A stretch of 64,000 bases of DNA from the NCBI GenBank assembly GCA_020137815.1, contig CM035353.1, positions 1,798,001-1,862,000 of the forward strand, read 5' to 3'. A program made the translations under genes and the position numbers. Of the stretch, positions 12,847 through 25,759 are shown piece by piece. A model generated the notes under the pieces. It made no database searches and had not been told where the DNA came from. It worked only from the letters and a program-made list of their open reading frames with translations. How positions within the stretch are numbered: the stretch's first letter is position 1; every line of letters begins with the position of its first letter. Source of the stretch: Hormiphora californensis. Lineage: Eukaryota > Animalia > Ctenophora.

Positions 12847-13200
12847 GAGAGAAGAGAGAGAGCCCCCTCTTCTCTTCCTCTTTTTCTTTTCTCTCTCTCT
12901 CTCCCTCTTCTCTTTCTTCCTTCTCTCTCTCTCTTTTTTTCTCTCCCCTTTCTTCTCCCCCCTTCTCTCTTTCTCTTCTCTTTGGCGAATGGCCCGGCAC
13001 CTAAGCCATGTAAAGTAATCAAAAAAGTTTTATATCCTCCCCATTAAGAGGGGGGAGAGAGAGAGAGAGAGGGAGGAGAGAGAGAGAGAGGGGGGGGGGG
13101 GGGGGGGAGGGGAAGGGGGAGAGAGGGGCGGGGGGAAAAAGGAGAGAGAGAGAGAGAGAGAGGGGGGGGGAGAACCGGCCCTTGCAGTACCAAATGATAA
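8414..13200 (+). other. Low-quality (homopolymer-error) duplicate of ~3.8-6.5 kb, probably an unpolished alternative haplotype
   Basis: 8461-8590 matches 3820-3960, 8972-9350 matches 3973-4360, 10109-10228 matches 5196-5488, and 10826-11905 matches 5489-6500, all with dense homopolymer indels. Confidence 0.85.
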
Positions 13201-13631
13201 AATTGGTTTTAGCACGTGAAACAAGTCATACAGGCGAGGCTAAACCTCAGATCCGGGTCGCATCTATTTGCCTCATAAGACCTCAGGTCGCGGCTCAGTG
13301 ACAGCTATTCCCTGAGATTTCAAGGAATATTTCAGGGAATAGGCAAGAATAGATCTGAGACCTGAGTTCTAAGGGGGCAAATAGCTGTGATCTGGACCTC
13401 CTCCGAGGTTCAGGCACGATCCTGTTTCCCCCACATGCACTCAAGCCTCGATTTATCGGATTAGTTGTTTAATTTTTCAACATTGGCAGTGTGACTGTGA
13501 CATAATATTAGGATTTTCACACAGTAGGTCTATCACTCCACAATTGCTCTCTCCCACTCTCGCTCTCCCACCTTCTCTCTATTTCTATCACACAAAGACA
13601 CTTACTCTCTCTGTCCCTCTATCTCTCTTTC

Positions 13632-13701
<70 letters not shown>

Positions 13702-15763
13702 TCTCTCTCTTTCTATCACACTAACGCGCTATTTGTAAGACACGTTAAAACGCCGCTCCACCCCCGTACCTATTCCATTCCTTTTGTTCTCGTATATGCT
13801 AACTGTGCTAGTCAACTTGAGAGTGAGAGGAAGAGAACAAGGGATCGAGTGAGACAGAAGGAGAACGGAAAATAGAGCGAGAGAGATTGTGAGAGAGATT
13901 GTGAGAGAAAGAGAGACAGTGTGTGTGCGTGTGTTATACACTATAACTAGGTGAAATTGATTTTACATTTACAGCTTGGACCTTGCAATATTCCGTGAAT
14001 CTCGATGATCGATCATTATGCATTGTACTTATTCTTGGAATCTTGGAATTTGCACGTCTCTAGCAGCTGCAGGGTTGCAGCTGAAGAGCTTGTTATAACA
14101 ATGCAGGCAAACTCTTCGACGCCATGCAGCGCCACATGAAACATATCATAACAATATCCTGAACAAGTCAATTTAAAAGACTTCGTTCAGGTTTTTCTCT
14201 ATGCATAGGTATATTATCAGTTTTCTATATTTTTCCAGCTGCAATTCCTTATCAATATATCATCTCTCGAGATATATCTTCCCCTCGCCCTGCTTCTCTC
14301 AGTCCTCTATCGTTCTCCATCTATTCTCCCTCTATCTTGTCTACCCAATTGTGTTAAGGTGTCCGTATAATCCGATTCCTTACTAAATAGCATTTTTAGC
14401 CTAATCGCATTGAGACTATATATAACATGGACCTTTGCCATATGTGTGTCTGTGTGTAGCATTGTGCAGTCTCTGTGTGAGTGCAGATCTTTACGATTTG
14501 CATAGAAAATCAAATAATCAGACCTGATAGGATTGTAAACGGAGTAAAATGGTAGATCTCGATCTTGTAATATAAATTGTAGAACTGTCGCAATCGCGTC
14601 AAAGTGATCTTTCGTTCAGTGCGTTTTAGTTGGTAGGCAACAGAATTGCTCCTTCATAAAATGTTATTTGCGCACAAACAAATATATGTAACTGGCTTTG
14701 GTAATTTGGGCAGTTTCCGAGTATTTTATAACATGAGTGCTTGTAGTGAGAATACTGTATCGGTTTAACACGGTATCAGTCAAAACGGTACGACGTGACC
14801 AATCAAAGCGGGCACCTTGAACCGCCTTAGTCTATATATCAAAACTTGAAATTTTGAAACAAAACACTTGAAATCAGGGTGCTATATCTATTACTATACC
14901 TGTAACTGCAAAAGTTCTCGTATGCGATGGCAGATCACTACATTCTTTGCGCTCTAGATATTTCCTGAGAACTACTCCGTTTCTTTGACAAGCCAACCTT
15001 TGACAAGGATATAGTGGATATATTAACATATATTTTGCTGATCCATCGATCATAACCATATTTGTCCATACCATCAATATCAATTAATATGTCGTGATTT
15101 ACAGTTCACTGCTATATAGCCAAACTGTTCTTTCTAAGAATTCTGATACAAAGATAGTGTATATTTGCCACCCAGTTTTGTCTACTGTGCACTAGCGTGT
15201 CGATGTAAATATTTAGGCACACATTATACCCACAGTGCAATATTCGCTGGACTCCTATAATAATACAATTATTATAAGACTCGTACAACTTTGATATGGC
15301 CAAGTAACTCCCAATATCTCTGTCGTAGAGTTCAAATTTAGGGGCGAGCCCATGATTTGATTCCGTTTGATTTACTCTCTGAACTTGTTAAACCAGCTCC
15401 CTTACATTTGTTTCGTGGTGGCATGACCCCATAACCACCATAACGCCATCTCCATTCTCCTGCACGTATATAGAGATAGTCTTATCTAGTTCTCTCGCAA
15501 ATCGTCCTAGTAGAATAGTGGAATGTGTGTAACAGTTGTGTGTGTGTGACAATTGTTCAATCTGAGTGAGCAGTTTTTGAAGGTTTTTTATATACGCTAT
15601 TGGTTATACCGCTTAGATAGCAACATGGTACAGTCCTACTTTGTAGACTGTACCCATGGTGTACAGGCGGTATATATTAGTATTATTATCATTATAGTTT
15701 ATAGCAGGTGGGTGTGTGTGTGTGTATGTGTGTATTTTGTGTGTGTATGGGTATGTATGTGTG

Positions 15764-15805
<42 letters not shown>

Positions 15806-15965
15806 ATCCCATTAGGTACCAATACCCGTGTAGTTATAATGTACCGCTATGTAATACATGGTAGTAGTAATAGCTCTCGAGGATATAAGGAGTTATTGCC
15901 CGCCGCTAAATTAGGTCGAGCTCTATAATAATAGTATCAATGTCATTTATACAGTATAGGTATAT

Positions 15966-18900
15966 TGATATGGATATATGACGTATTGTTAATGGTTAGT
16001 CGGTTGTTATTAGTTGCAGTCGATTGTTATGTCTAGCCACGCTCACGTCCACAACTGACGTGGCTAGTCAGTCAGTTCGTATTCATCATATTATATTTGG
16101 TTCTTTATTCCCTATTCTCTTGACCCCAAAACCAAGCGTATCAATCAATAACAGAGTCATTACATTTGGAGCCTGATACGAATTCTTAATTATTTGAATA
16201 GTTAATTAATAGTTGTTAATTATTAGTTGTTAATTTATATCATGTCTCTTGATGATTTTTCTCAAGAAGAGTTGATAGCTCATCTTAATAAACGTTGTTC
16301 TAAAGACAAGCAGTTTAAGACAAATATTAGTAAAATTGTCAAAGAAGATCCTAGCAGTTATGATTCTAGTCAACAGCCAGGCAGCTCCACTGACCAATTA
16401 GTGGCAGCATTAAGAGGTTTGAGTACTAGTAATTCTCTTTATAACGAACCTCCTAAATTCAAAAAGGGAGACAGTTTGTAATAGTTAATAATATTTCTGG
16501 TGAAAGACAGTATGCCTTGTTCATGCAAACAATTGCAGACGATCAATTTTATGACCGATTACACAGTATTCAAGTTGACGACGACGACAAACTTGATCAT
16601 AAATCTTTTCTAGCTGAGATTAAACACAATATTTATGGTGATCAACAATTTGCTTTTCGGAGTAGCCTTCAAGATTGTGTTCAAAAACAGGGCGAATCAA
16701 TTACTGATTATGTTTATAGATTACGCCAAAAGGCAGAGTTGGCCTACCCTGATAGTAGGACTCATAGGGAGGAAATCTCACTCATGGTGTTTCTAAAGGG
16801 TATTAGAGACCTTGTTCTTAGACGAAAACTTAATGAGCTCCCCGATATAGAGACTTTTTCTACTGCTATCAAGCAGGCGAAACGATTGGAGAGAGTGGAC
16901 CAGATGATGGGATCCAGTAATGATAACAACTCTTCTTTCAATGGTACTGATTCTTCAACTCAAAATACTAGTATTCTCAGAACAGAGGTAAAGTTTGAAC
17001 ATGATTCTGAAATACCTTCTAATTCTTATCATAGAAACAGGTCTGATTCTAGTTATAGCTACCGAAGATCACCTCGTAATATACGTTCCAGGGACAAATA
17101 CCACTCTGGTTATTAGCATTACTAACCCCCTTGTCGCCATTACTTATAATTCTTCTGGTATTCTAGATAAAAAATAAATATTATCATTATTATTCTAACC
17201 CGTTCTTCAAGCAAACCCCCTACTAGCATACAGGATCTACAAGCTGCAATGATCTTGGTAGTGTATCTGGTGGTGTTTCTATACAGTGGATACGACTGTC
17301 ACAACTTTGAAGTTTTGGAAACATGCACTCCTGATTCTACCCATGATATTGCTGATTCTACCCCTGGTATTCAAGACGTCACCCCTGGTAAATTGAAGAT
17401 GTGATCACCCCTGATGTTGACAATGATTTTCGAAGACAGAGAAAAGCAGCAAGGATGCTGCAAAAGAGAAGAAGGCAGAAAGCGAGCCTACAAGGACATC
17501 AGAAAGGTTAAGGACCAAATCAGAAAGCGAGATCTCTACCAGTACTGATACTGCACATTAATAGAGAGCTTTGGATTGTCTATGACGAATAGAAATTAGC
17601 TCTTTCTACCTTCTATTTCTCAAACATGGTATGTTTTAACTACCTTTTACACATATATCTTTTAAAGATATTTAACAGTAACTTTCTTTCTCACGGGTCT
17701 TTTCTGATATCTTTTTCAGAATTTTTGTTACCCTCTGTACATGGATTTTAAGTTATGTTTTCTCATGTTACTTACAACATTTATAAATGAAGTTTAATGG
17801 TACGGTACGAGGTACCAGATACGTTATTCTCAGGGTGTGGGCTTACGTCCCGCTAACGTACTTTGACGTTTTTGTTTTGACTAACACAGCCCACCTGACA
17901 CCACAATTATCGGACGATTTTGTGCCACATCACATTAACACATCACCTTAATATAATGTGACACCTCACTTGAAACATAATAATAGATATAATAATAATA
18001 ATGATGACATACTGGACAAATACTAGTTTACTAAACAAATTCAAGAAGTTTCTATTTGATCTTCTAATATGAATTATGCTTCCGAGTTGTTTTTAATGGC
18101 TGACTCTTTAATTGTAAATGTTTAATACTAATAGTACTTTTTCCGTAATTTTCTAATCCTAACCATCTCTATATGAGAAAGTTTACTAACCGTTTAATTG
18201 ACTAATTGCCGTTAGCGCCCTTTTCGGAATGGGACCATTAGCTAACTTGGTGTTCATTGGAATGCTTGAATGCTTTAGTAAAGTGAAGCAGACACCACAA
18301 TCAGTTGCAAAAAAAAATCAACAGCTGCAGCCGAGTGAAGCTCAGTTGATCTGATAATATCCACATGATGTGTAGAGTCCGATTTTCCAAGGACTATTGC
18401 AAGGGTGCCACCGAAATTTCTAGAGGCACTCCCCTGCACATAATTGTACACTTCGCAGTGTATCATTAAAGATTCTACAAGCAGCCTACTATGTTTATTT
18501 AATATGAATAAACGGAGCTTATGTGTAGCAATCATTTTCTGGTAATTTAAATACTTATATTATGATTCTTATTAATATCATGGTTTCTAACAAAAAATTT
18601 CTAGTGGCCTCGGTCGAAGTGGGCAGTCTGCGAAACCCCAGATGCCTGAAGATGCATGAGACAGAGTTTTATGTGTGTATTATTCTATGGACTATAAGCA
18701 TTTGTTAAATTTTTTAAAGTGTGTTAATTTTTATAATTATTATATAATTATTTTTTTTGGGAAATGATATGATATGGATATATGACGTATTGTTAATGGT
18801 TAGTCGGTTGTTATTAGTTGCAGTCGATTGTTATGTCTAGCCACGCTCACGTCCACAACTGACGTGGCTAGTCAGTCAGTTCGTATTCATCATATTATAT

Positions 18901-18968
18901 TTGGTTCTTTATTCCCTATTCTCTTGACCCCAAAACCAAGCGTATCAATCAATAACAGAGTCATTACA
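15966..18968 (+). mobile_element. Non-autonomous LTR retrotransposon (gag remnant, no pol) with identical 199-bp LTRs
   Basis: TG...CA LTRs at 15966-16164 and 18770-18968, identical by eye. ATAT 4-bp TSD. TGG-starting PBS-like site after the 5' LTR and purine-rich GGGAAATGA before the 3' LTR. Broken gag at 16242-17116 (Q.QGESITDYVYRLRQKAELAYP....FLKGIRD..LRRKL), Ty3/gypsy-like. Confidence 0.92.
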
Positions 18969-19458
18969 ATATATCAAACTCATTTTATGATCATATTTAA
19001 TTTTCCGCTCATATGTTATGCCATTCTCTCTCTCTATCTATTGTCTGTGAGCTCCTTTAGCCTACTAGTGGGCCGAGTCTCATATAGAGCTGAGGTCGGT
19101 ATGTGTGTATGACATATACTTCATTTAACCGGCCCAGCTCGTGTGTATGACGTAATATTCTTCCCTATTTAATTTTGCTCATTATTCAGAGTACTAATAT
19201 ACACTCCTCTTATCCAATAGGTAGGGACGTTTGAGGATTTATATGGCAGCCTGCTTTACTGAGGTGGTGAAGAAGACAGAGGAACAAAAATGTGATGTCT
19301 GGGTAAGATTGAACAAATGAACCAGACGGGTATAATTATTGCTAGCGATAATTATACCCGTCTCGTTATTCCCTATTTGATCCCTCCAGTTATTCAGCAG
19401 GAATTCACGCGTGCCACCGCCCACCAGCCACCCCTTAATCCGCACGTGCAGTATCTGC

Positions 19459-19921
19459 CCGTTGAAGTAGAGCACCCGTTGACCCGAATCCCCACGCTCC
19501 CCCTCGCCCAGGAGCAACCCTCTCACCCACTGCACCAACTCGCAAGTGCACGTACGTGCAGCCTTCAATCACCCGCTGCGTAGGGCCTATGTTACCTCCT
19601 AGGCAACCCCCTCTATTTGCACGTGTGGATACTAAATCATACTAACGCCACGATCAAAATGTACTTTATAATATAGATAGACTAGAAAGCCCGTTGAAGT
19701 AGAGCACTCATTGACCCGAATCCTCATACTCTCCCTCGCCCAGGAGCACCCCTCTCACCCGCTGCACCAACCCGCACGTGCACGTACGTGCAGCCTTCAA
19801 TCACCCGCTGCGTAGGGCCTATGTTACCTCCTAGGCAACCCCCTCTATTTGCACGTGTGGATACTCTATCATACTCCTGATCCTCATCACGCCACTCATT
19901 CCTATCTTTAAGATGGTATAG
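19459..19921 (-). mobile_element. Two head-to-tail short Helitron-like elements (third copy 39726-39951)
   Basis: A ~230-bp unit repeated. On the minus strand it begins TC(T/C)TATTATAAAG-like and ends CTAG (19682-19685 and 39726-39729). The 3' hairpin is not obvious. Confidence 0.6.
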
Positions 19922-20341
19922 CAAGACTCAATTGTCGTACAACTCACCGAACTCGTTTCTCGAGCGATCTTGGGGTGTATATCCAGCGACTAAACGGCCC
20001 ATATATATTTTTGTCAAAACATGGCATGATCATGCCGTGTTTTGACAAAAACTCGATTGGTTACAAAGAAACTTTCATTTCTCTCTCTCCCTTTCTATAC
20101 AGCAGATATATTCTCTCTCTCTCTCTCCCGCGTCAAGGACGTCAAGGAATATAGACACCATGGTGTAATGCATTACCAAAAACGCTTTTTATTTATAGCA
20201 CCTCAAATTGCAGTACGATTCTGTAATCTTGAGTGTTACAGAATCGTGCCACTCCTCAAATTGACATTAGATTTCTTCGCTTTGAGATCTTCCAAAGAAA
20301 CTCGTATTTCTTTGTGCCTGCCATTCTATTCTTAAGAATAC

Positions 20342-20418
20342 AACAATTAGCGGACCCCCGGACTCGCTATAATTTAATTAACTAAGTTATAGCGAGTCCA
20401 GCGGTCCGCTAATTGTTT
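20342..20418. repeat. Short hairpin or palindrome (MITE relic)
   Basis: AACAATTAGCGGACC..GGACTCGCTATAA ... TTATAGCGAGTCC..GGTCCGCTAATTGTT. Confidence 0.8.
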
Positions 20419-21966
20419 GACATTTGCACTTTTCTCTATAGCCAATAGCCATAGATCTTCTTATGCAGCTTTCGTTGTTACCAATTGTTTCCAGCTACTA
20501 ATTACCAGTTACCAGTTGTCATAGGGAAAACATTCGCGGCTGAACCTTAGGTTCAGGCCATGGCTATATTTTCCATTGAGACCTGAGATCTCAGGTCTCA
20601 GTGGAAAATAGCCGTGGCATGAACCTGAGGTTCAGGCACGACTATCCCCCATCTGTCAGGCCAATGCTCTGACCACAGTTCTCGCGAGAGAAATGAGAAT
20701 ATGGTCAGGCCAATGCTCTGACAGCCCCCCATGGTTACCAATGGTTACCATGGTTACCAATTGAGTTACCAACTTCTACGGCAGATACTTTCTCTCTCTC
20801 TACCCCCACTACCCGATATCAATTATGTAGTCCCACTGTCTTTGCGTGACCTGTGATTTTGGGTCACGATTGCAGGCTCCATCATAGCTCAGCCAAAACA
20901 GGTCAAAATGGTTCTAAGAAAAACAGTGTTGTAGAGAATTGTCAGCCAAATATTTTGGTTGCAAGATTGCAATTGGCGTTCCAAGTTTTGCCAATCATCA
21001 GATATAGCATCTTAATATGTCAAAAATACGTGATCATGAAATCCGACCGGATGTCTTATAGCCATGTCTAAGGGAACATCAACATTTTTGAGGGGATCAT
21101 ATGCCATCAATAAGCTAAATCGGGGTCCGACTGTTATAGATATCATGTCGGACCCCGATTTAGGGACACCCTCGGGGGAAAGGCTCTTGTCCACTAAATC
21201 GGGGTGTCCACTAAATCGGGGTCAAATAAGGTGAATTTCCTATATCGGGGGAAAAAATCTTGTCCCTAAATCGGGGTGCCACTAAATCGGGGGCCCCTAA
21301 ATCGGGGTCCGACTGTAGATATCATGGTCCTATATGAATGGTCCTATAGATGGTGAGTGAGAAAGGGTTAACGTCCTGTACCAAACTCTCTCACTCTCAC
21401 ACACACACACTCTCTTTCACACTATATATATCTACATCTCTCTCTCACACACAAACACACTCTCTCTCTCTCTCTTTCTTTCTTTTCCTTTCTCTCTCAC
21501 TCTCTCTATCTTCCACTCCCTGTCTTGCTCTCCCTATCTCGATCTCTTTCCCTCCCTTTCTCTGTATAGGTCGCAAGCAATCGTATTAAGATCTGAACAC
21601 CATATATCTTGATCGAAAAAGCACATGGTAGTGCCTGGTGTGGTTCTCAGTACTTCATTCTCGTGTTATATTCCATCATATTTCTAATTCAATCTCTCCG
21701 GAGAGCTGATCTCCCCCACAACCACTATTATTATACTCCTACTCCATCGAGTTATACTGAGCTGGTGCTGTCAAGTGTTTTTTACAGATACTGAGAAATT
21801 TATTTTGATTTCTAGTTTGTGGTTAAATCTCTTCTCGCTTAGTTAATTATTTGAGACTGCACTAAGAGACATTTGTAATAGTTTCTTTGGCAGGAGTACG
21901 TTACTTACTTTTTTGATACTTTTGAAATGTTCCTATCCGTTAGGAAAGAATGAACTGTTTATGTGA

Positions 21967-22349
21967 AACAAGAATAACTGCATTATGTTTCATAATGTTA
22001 TGTTTCCCCGCCAACATTTTTTCATAACCATCTAAATCTAATGTGAAGGTGGGAAAGACATTTCCAATCATTTATCAATCACTCAAACCGTGTAGAACAA
22101 ATCCTTGTGTTTTAGTAGCACTAAATTGCGTGCCACAATGCGCGGCATTTCCTGAAAACGTGCCATTGAAGTATTTGATGAAGGAGCAACATCTTACATC
22201 GTTGTCCCTCGCAACTGAGCGTGTTACAGCCGGTTTTGTGACCGTGACACCTCACTAGTATGTAAAATTGTCGAATTCTAAACCCCTATGCCTTTTTGCA
22301 AAAGGCATCTGGGTGAATGCCTTTGGCATTCACCCAGGCGGGGAAAAAA
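21967..22349 (-). mobile_element. Helentron/HINE-like non-autonomous element (second copy 42943-43263, opposite orientation)
   Basis: Subterminal inverted repeat TTTCCCCGCC/GGCGGGGAAA, two adjacent hairpins (GGGTGAA.GCC...GGC.TTCACCC and ATGCCTTTT..AAAAGGCAT), T-rich ends, no TSD. Confidence 0.6.
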
Positions 22350-23047
22350 TTAGGGAGATCAGACAATTACAATTTTAAGTCTCTTACTATACTTACCTAT
22401 TAGAGTGAAGGATTGAGCAACTTCCATTGTTTTCCAATTAATTGGGCTGTTCTCCACTCGGCGGCCAAGCCCTACTAAAATATAGTTCGACGCGACGCGA
22501 CGCGCGATCGATGAACGATCGATAAACGATCGATATCGATCGTTTATCGATCGTTCATCGATCGTTCATCGATCGCGCGTCGCGTCGAACTATATTTTAG
22601 TAGGGAGTAATATTATATGTTCATGCATGCCCTCAGTATATGCGGGTATTATATGCACACGCTTTAGTCCATGCAGATCCTGTTTATTGGATGTGTTCTT
22701 AGGAATCAGCTCCGATCCATGGGCCTTTCCTTTCTGCAAAGTATGTTGGTTAAGTAGCTTAGATCCAGCTTTGATTATTATGATATGGCCAGTTATTCTT
22801 GTGCATATGTTGCATTGGCAATAAATTCATTTTGCGGGGACTGGGGAGGGGATGTTGTCTAGCCAATGCTCTGACCGGTGTTTTCGTGTGCTCCTTATAA
22901 GTAATTCGAAAGAAATGAGTACAGCATCAATAGGGTCCTAGGCCAATGCTCTGACGTTGTGCCCAATGTTACCATGTCAAAATGTCATTTATGTGTGTGC
23001 GTGGATGACCATCTGGCGACTTAATTCAACTTTCTCTCTCTCTTTCT

Positions 23048-23176
<129 letters not shown>

Positions 23177-23510
23177 GTCTTTATCTTGTCAGCTACTGCC
23201 TGTCATACATTTTAGTTTAGTGGTCCCGCTTATATTTTGAAATGTAGTCTTCCTTGCTATTTATAACGACCTGCCATGCTGAGATACCAAAATAGTGTTT
23301 TAAATCTTTATACTCGACCTGAATACGAAAACGACAGCCTCCTGATGTGTTGCAGCTCTATTAGGTGTGAACCTGATTATAGGAGACACTCAACAACGAG
23401 TGAAATAGTAAGAAGACCTCTTCAAGGTGTGGAAAGAAACAGTCTGGGAGGAGAGAATGTAGGATTGCATTCCTAGCTGTAGATATATTGGAACAAATTG
23501 GACTGACGAG

Positions 23511-23808
23511 ATAGGGATCCCTAAAAAAGTTCAGTATTTACACAGAGTTTACACAGTCTTTACTCAGTCGTTACACCCAGAGCGCCCGCGCCGCTCTGGG
23601 TGTAACGACTGCGTCTTTCGCACTCGATTTGCAGCGTTTTCGGAAACTTTTTTCGCCGCAGCGCTCAATTTTGTCAATTGTGCAGCACACAATCCAATAT
23701 TTTCTTGGAAAAAGCCACTGTGCGCAGCACGCGCCGCTCTGGGTGTAACGACTGAGTAAAGACTGTGTAAACTCTGTGTAAATACTGAACTTTTTTAGGG
23801 ATCCCTAT
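23511..23808. mobile_element. MITE with ATAGGGATCCCTAAAAAAGTTCAGTATTTACACAG TIRs (second copy 51613-51817)
   Basis: Long perfect TIRs. The two copies have different interiors. Confidence 0.85.
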
Positions 23809-25759
23809 TAACCCTACATTGCGGGAACGCTAAAAACGTGCCTTACTACCGCGATGCCTTACGAGGGGTAACTTCGTTACAAAACATTGAAACTTTTGAA
23901 GCTAACGAGAATCAAAAGGCTATGATGTTTGTATGATGTTTGTATGACTGTATGACTGTATAGTGTATACTCGTAATGTGGTTATCTACACATTATAGTT
24001 CACACACTAAATAGGGTTTCCCACACATGCATCTGTATATTTTTGTGGTACGTTGTTTGGTGTGGTCCCCCTAGTTCCCCCCGGATTTCTTGTAAACTCT
24101 AATTCAGAGCGACAGAGCAGAATCTCCGCCTACACTCTAGCTCTCTCCCTCTCTCTCTCTCCATCTCTCTCTCTCTCCCTAATTTCTCTCTCTCTCTCCA
24201 ACTCTCTCTTCCTCCCCCTCTCTCCCCCCTCTCTCTCTCCATCTGATCTCTCTTGATCTTCCTCACCCTCTCTCTCTTTCTCTCTTTCTCTCTCTTGCTT
24301 TCTCTCCCTAAATTCTCTCTTTTTTTAATTTCCAATTCCCTCTATTTTCCACACAGACCATGTTATGGGTGCCGCCCATCAGCTCATGAGGTTAAACCAA
24401 GAGATATAGTGCACCAATTTAAATCTACAACTGCTGCATCTATTAAATCTTTAATCTAGACTAGTCGACCAGGTACCTATCTGTTTTAAAGATAACTGCT
24501 GCCGCAGGTGATAGGGGGAGAAACAGTTATGACTGAACCTCAGGTTCAGGTCTCGGCTATTTACCCCTGAGATCTCAGGGTTCAGTGACGACTGTTCCCT
24601 GAGATTTCAGAATCATTTTCAGGGATAGTAACCTGGATTTGTGATTCAGTCACCACTGTTTGACCCGTTAATGTTTTCCAATACACAGTGCATGAACAGT
24701 AGTATTGCTTCTGCAGCTTGTGTCACATTTCTTCTTGGTATATCTGTCAGGCCAATGCTCTGACAGTGTTATATAGCAGCTTTAGCTATACTGAGTAGTG
24801 AGTACTGTATAACTCAACAAAGCTATAGCGAATAATAGAGTAATCCAAGATGTCATATAAATGCAACGCGTGTCGGTAAAAGTAAGATTAATGGCACAAA
24901 AGCTTTGACACATGTAAGACACAAAACATTGACGATATGTAGTGAGCACATAATTATACGCTTATAGTAAATCGCAATATTTTTGTCGACAGCTATCATG
25001 GCCTAATATGGTGTACTTATAACACCTGTTGGCAACAATCCCAACTTCTATCGGGAAATACGATATTGTATGTCAAGCAATTTCCAATAACTCATCTTTA
25101 CTTTCATCTGTTGTTGCACACTTTCTCAGTAAACTATTTGCCAAATTAGCGGTGTATATGTGTATTTGATAATCGGATCGTTATCGGAATCGTTTTGAAA
25201 TTTGGAATCGGTCGGTTCCTGTGTATTCTCGATCTCCGGCTGCAACACTATAATATTGGTCATGATTGACATTCCAATTTGATTGACATTTGCCCCACCC
25301 CCTCCCCCCGGGCGTCACTAATATAATAGGACGCTTATTTGTGCTACTAGGCACTAGCTCTGAAAGGTGCCACACCTTTATACGGAATTCATTGACAGTC
25401 CAAACAGTTCGATGGTTCGATACGTATAACGTAGCTTGGCTTTGCTCGTTTCGTCCGTAAAACAATTCTCCCCACAATGGGGGAAAACAGTTGTGCCTGA
25501 ACCTGAAGTTCAGGCCACGCGAACCTGTTTTGCGACCTAGAGGGGACCTTTGGGAATTGGGAACTATACTGGAGCCTTTCCTTCTCTGTCCGTCACTTTT
25601 CATCCCTGTCTGCAGATTCCAGTTTGCAGATTCCAGTTTGCAGATGTATAATAGTACTAAAATTAGCACCGCTTTCAAGATTTACAAAAACCACCAAATT
25701 GTATTATGTGGTCATTTTAGTGGAAGTTTCTCTATTACTCAGATGTCGCTTTTCTCACA

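Noticed and set aside
10953-13224. G/K/E/R-rich and L/S-rich ORFs
   Set aside because: Error-rich copies of purine minisatellite and (GA)/(CT) tracts.
14874-15500. Coding-like minus-strand stretch
   Set aside because: Stops in all frames I read, no consistent splice pattern and no recognisable motif.
25181-25678. 165-aa minus-strand ORF with a signal-peptide-like start
   Set aside because: It starts at TTG, runs through a MITE fragment (~25479-25530) and has no recognisable domain. At best a decayed gene.
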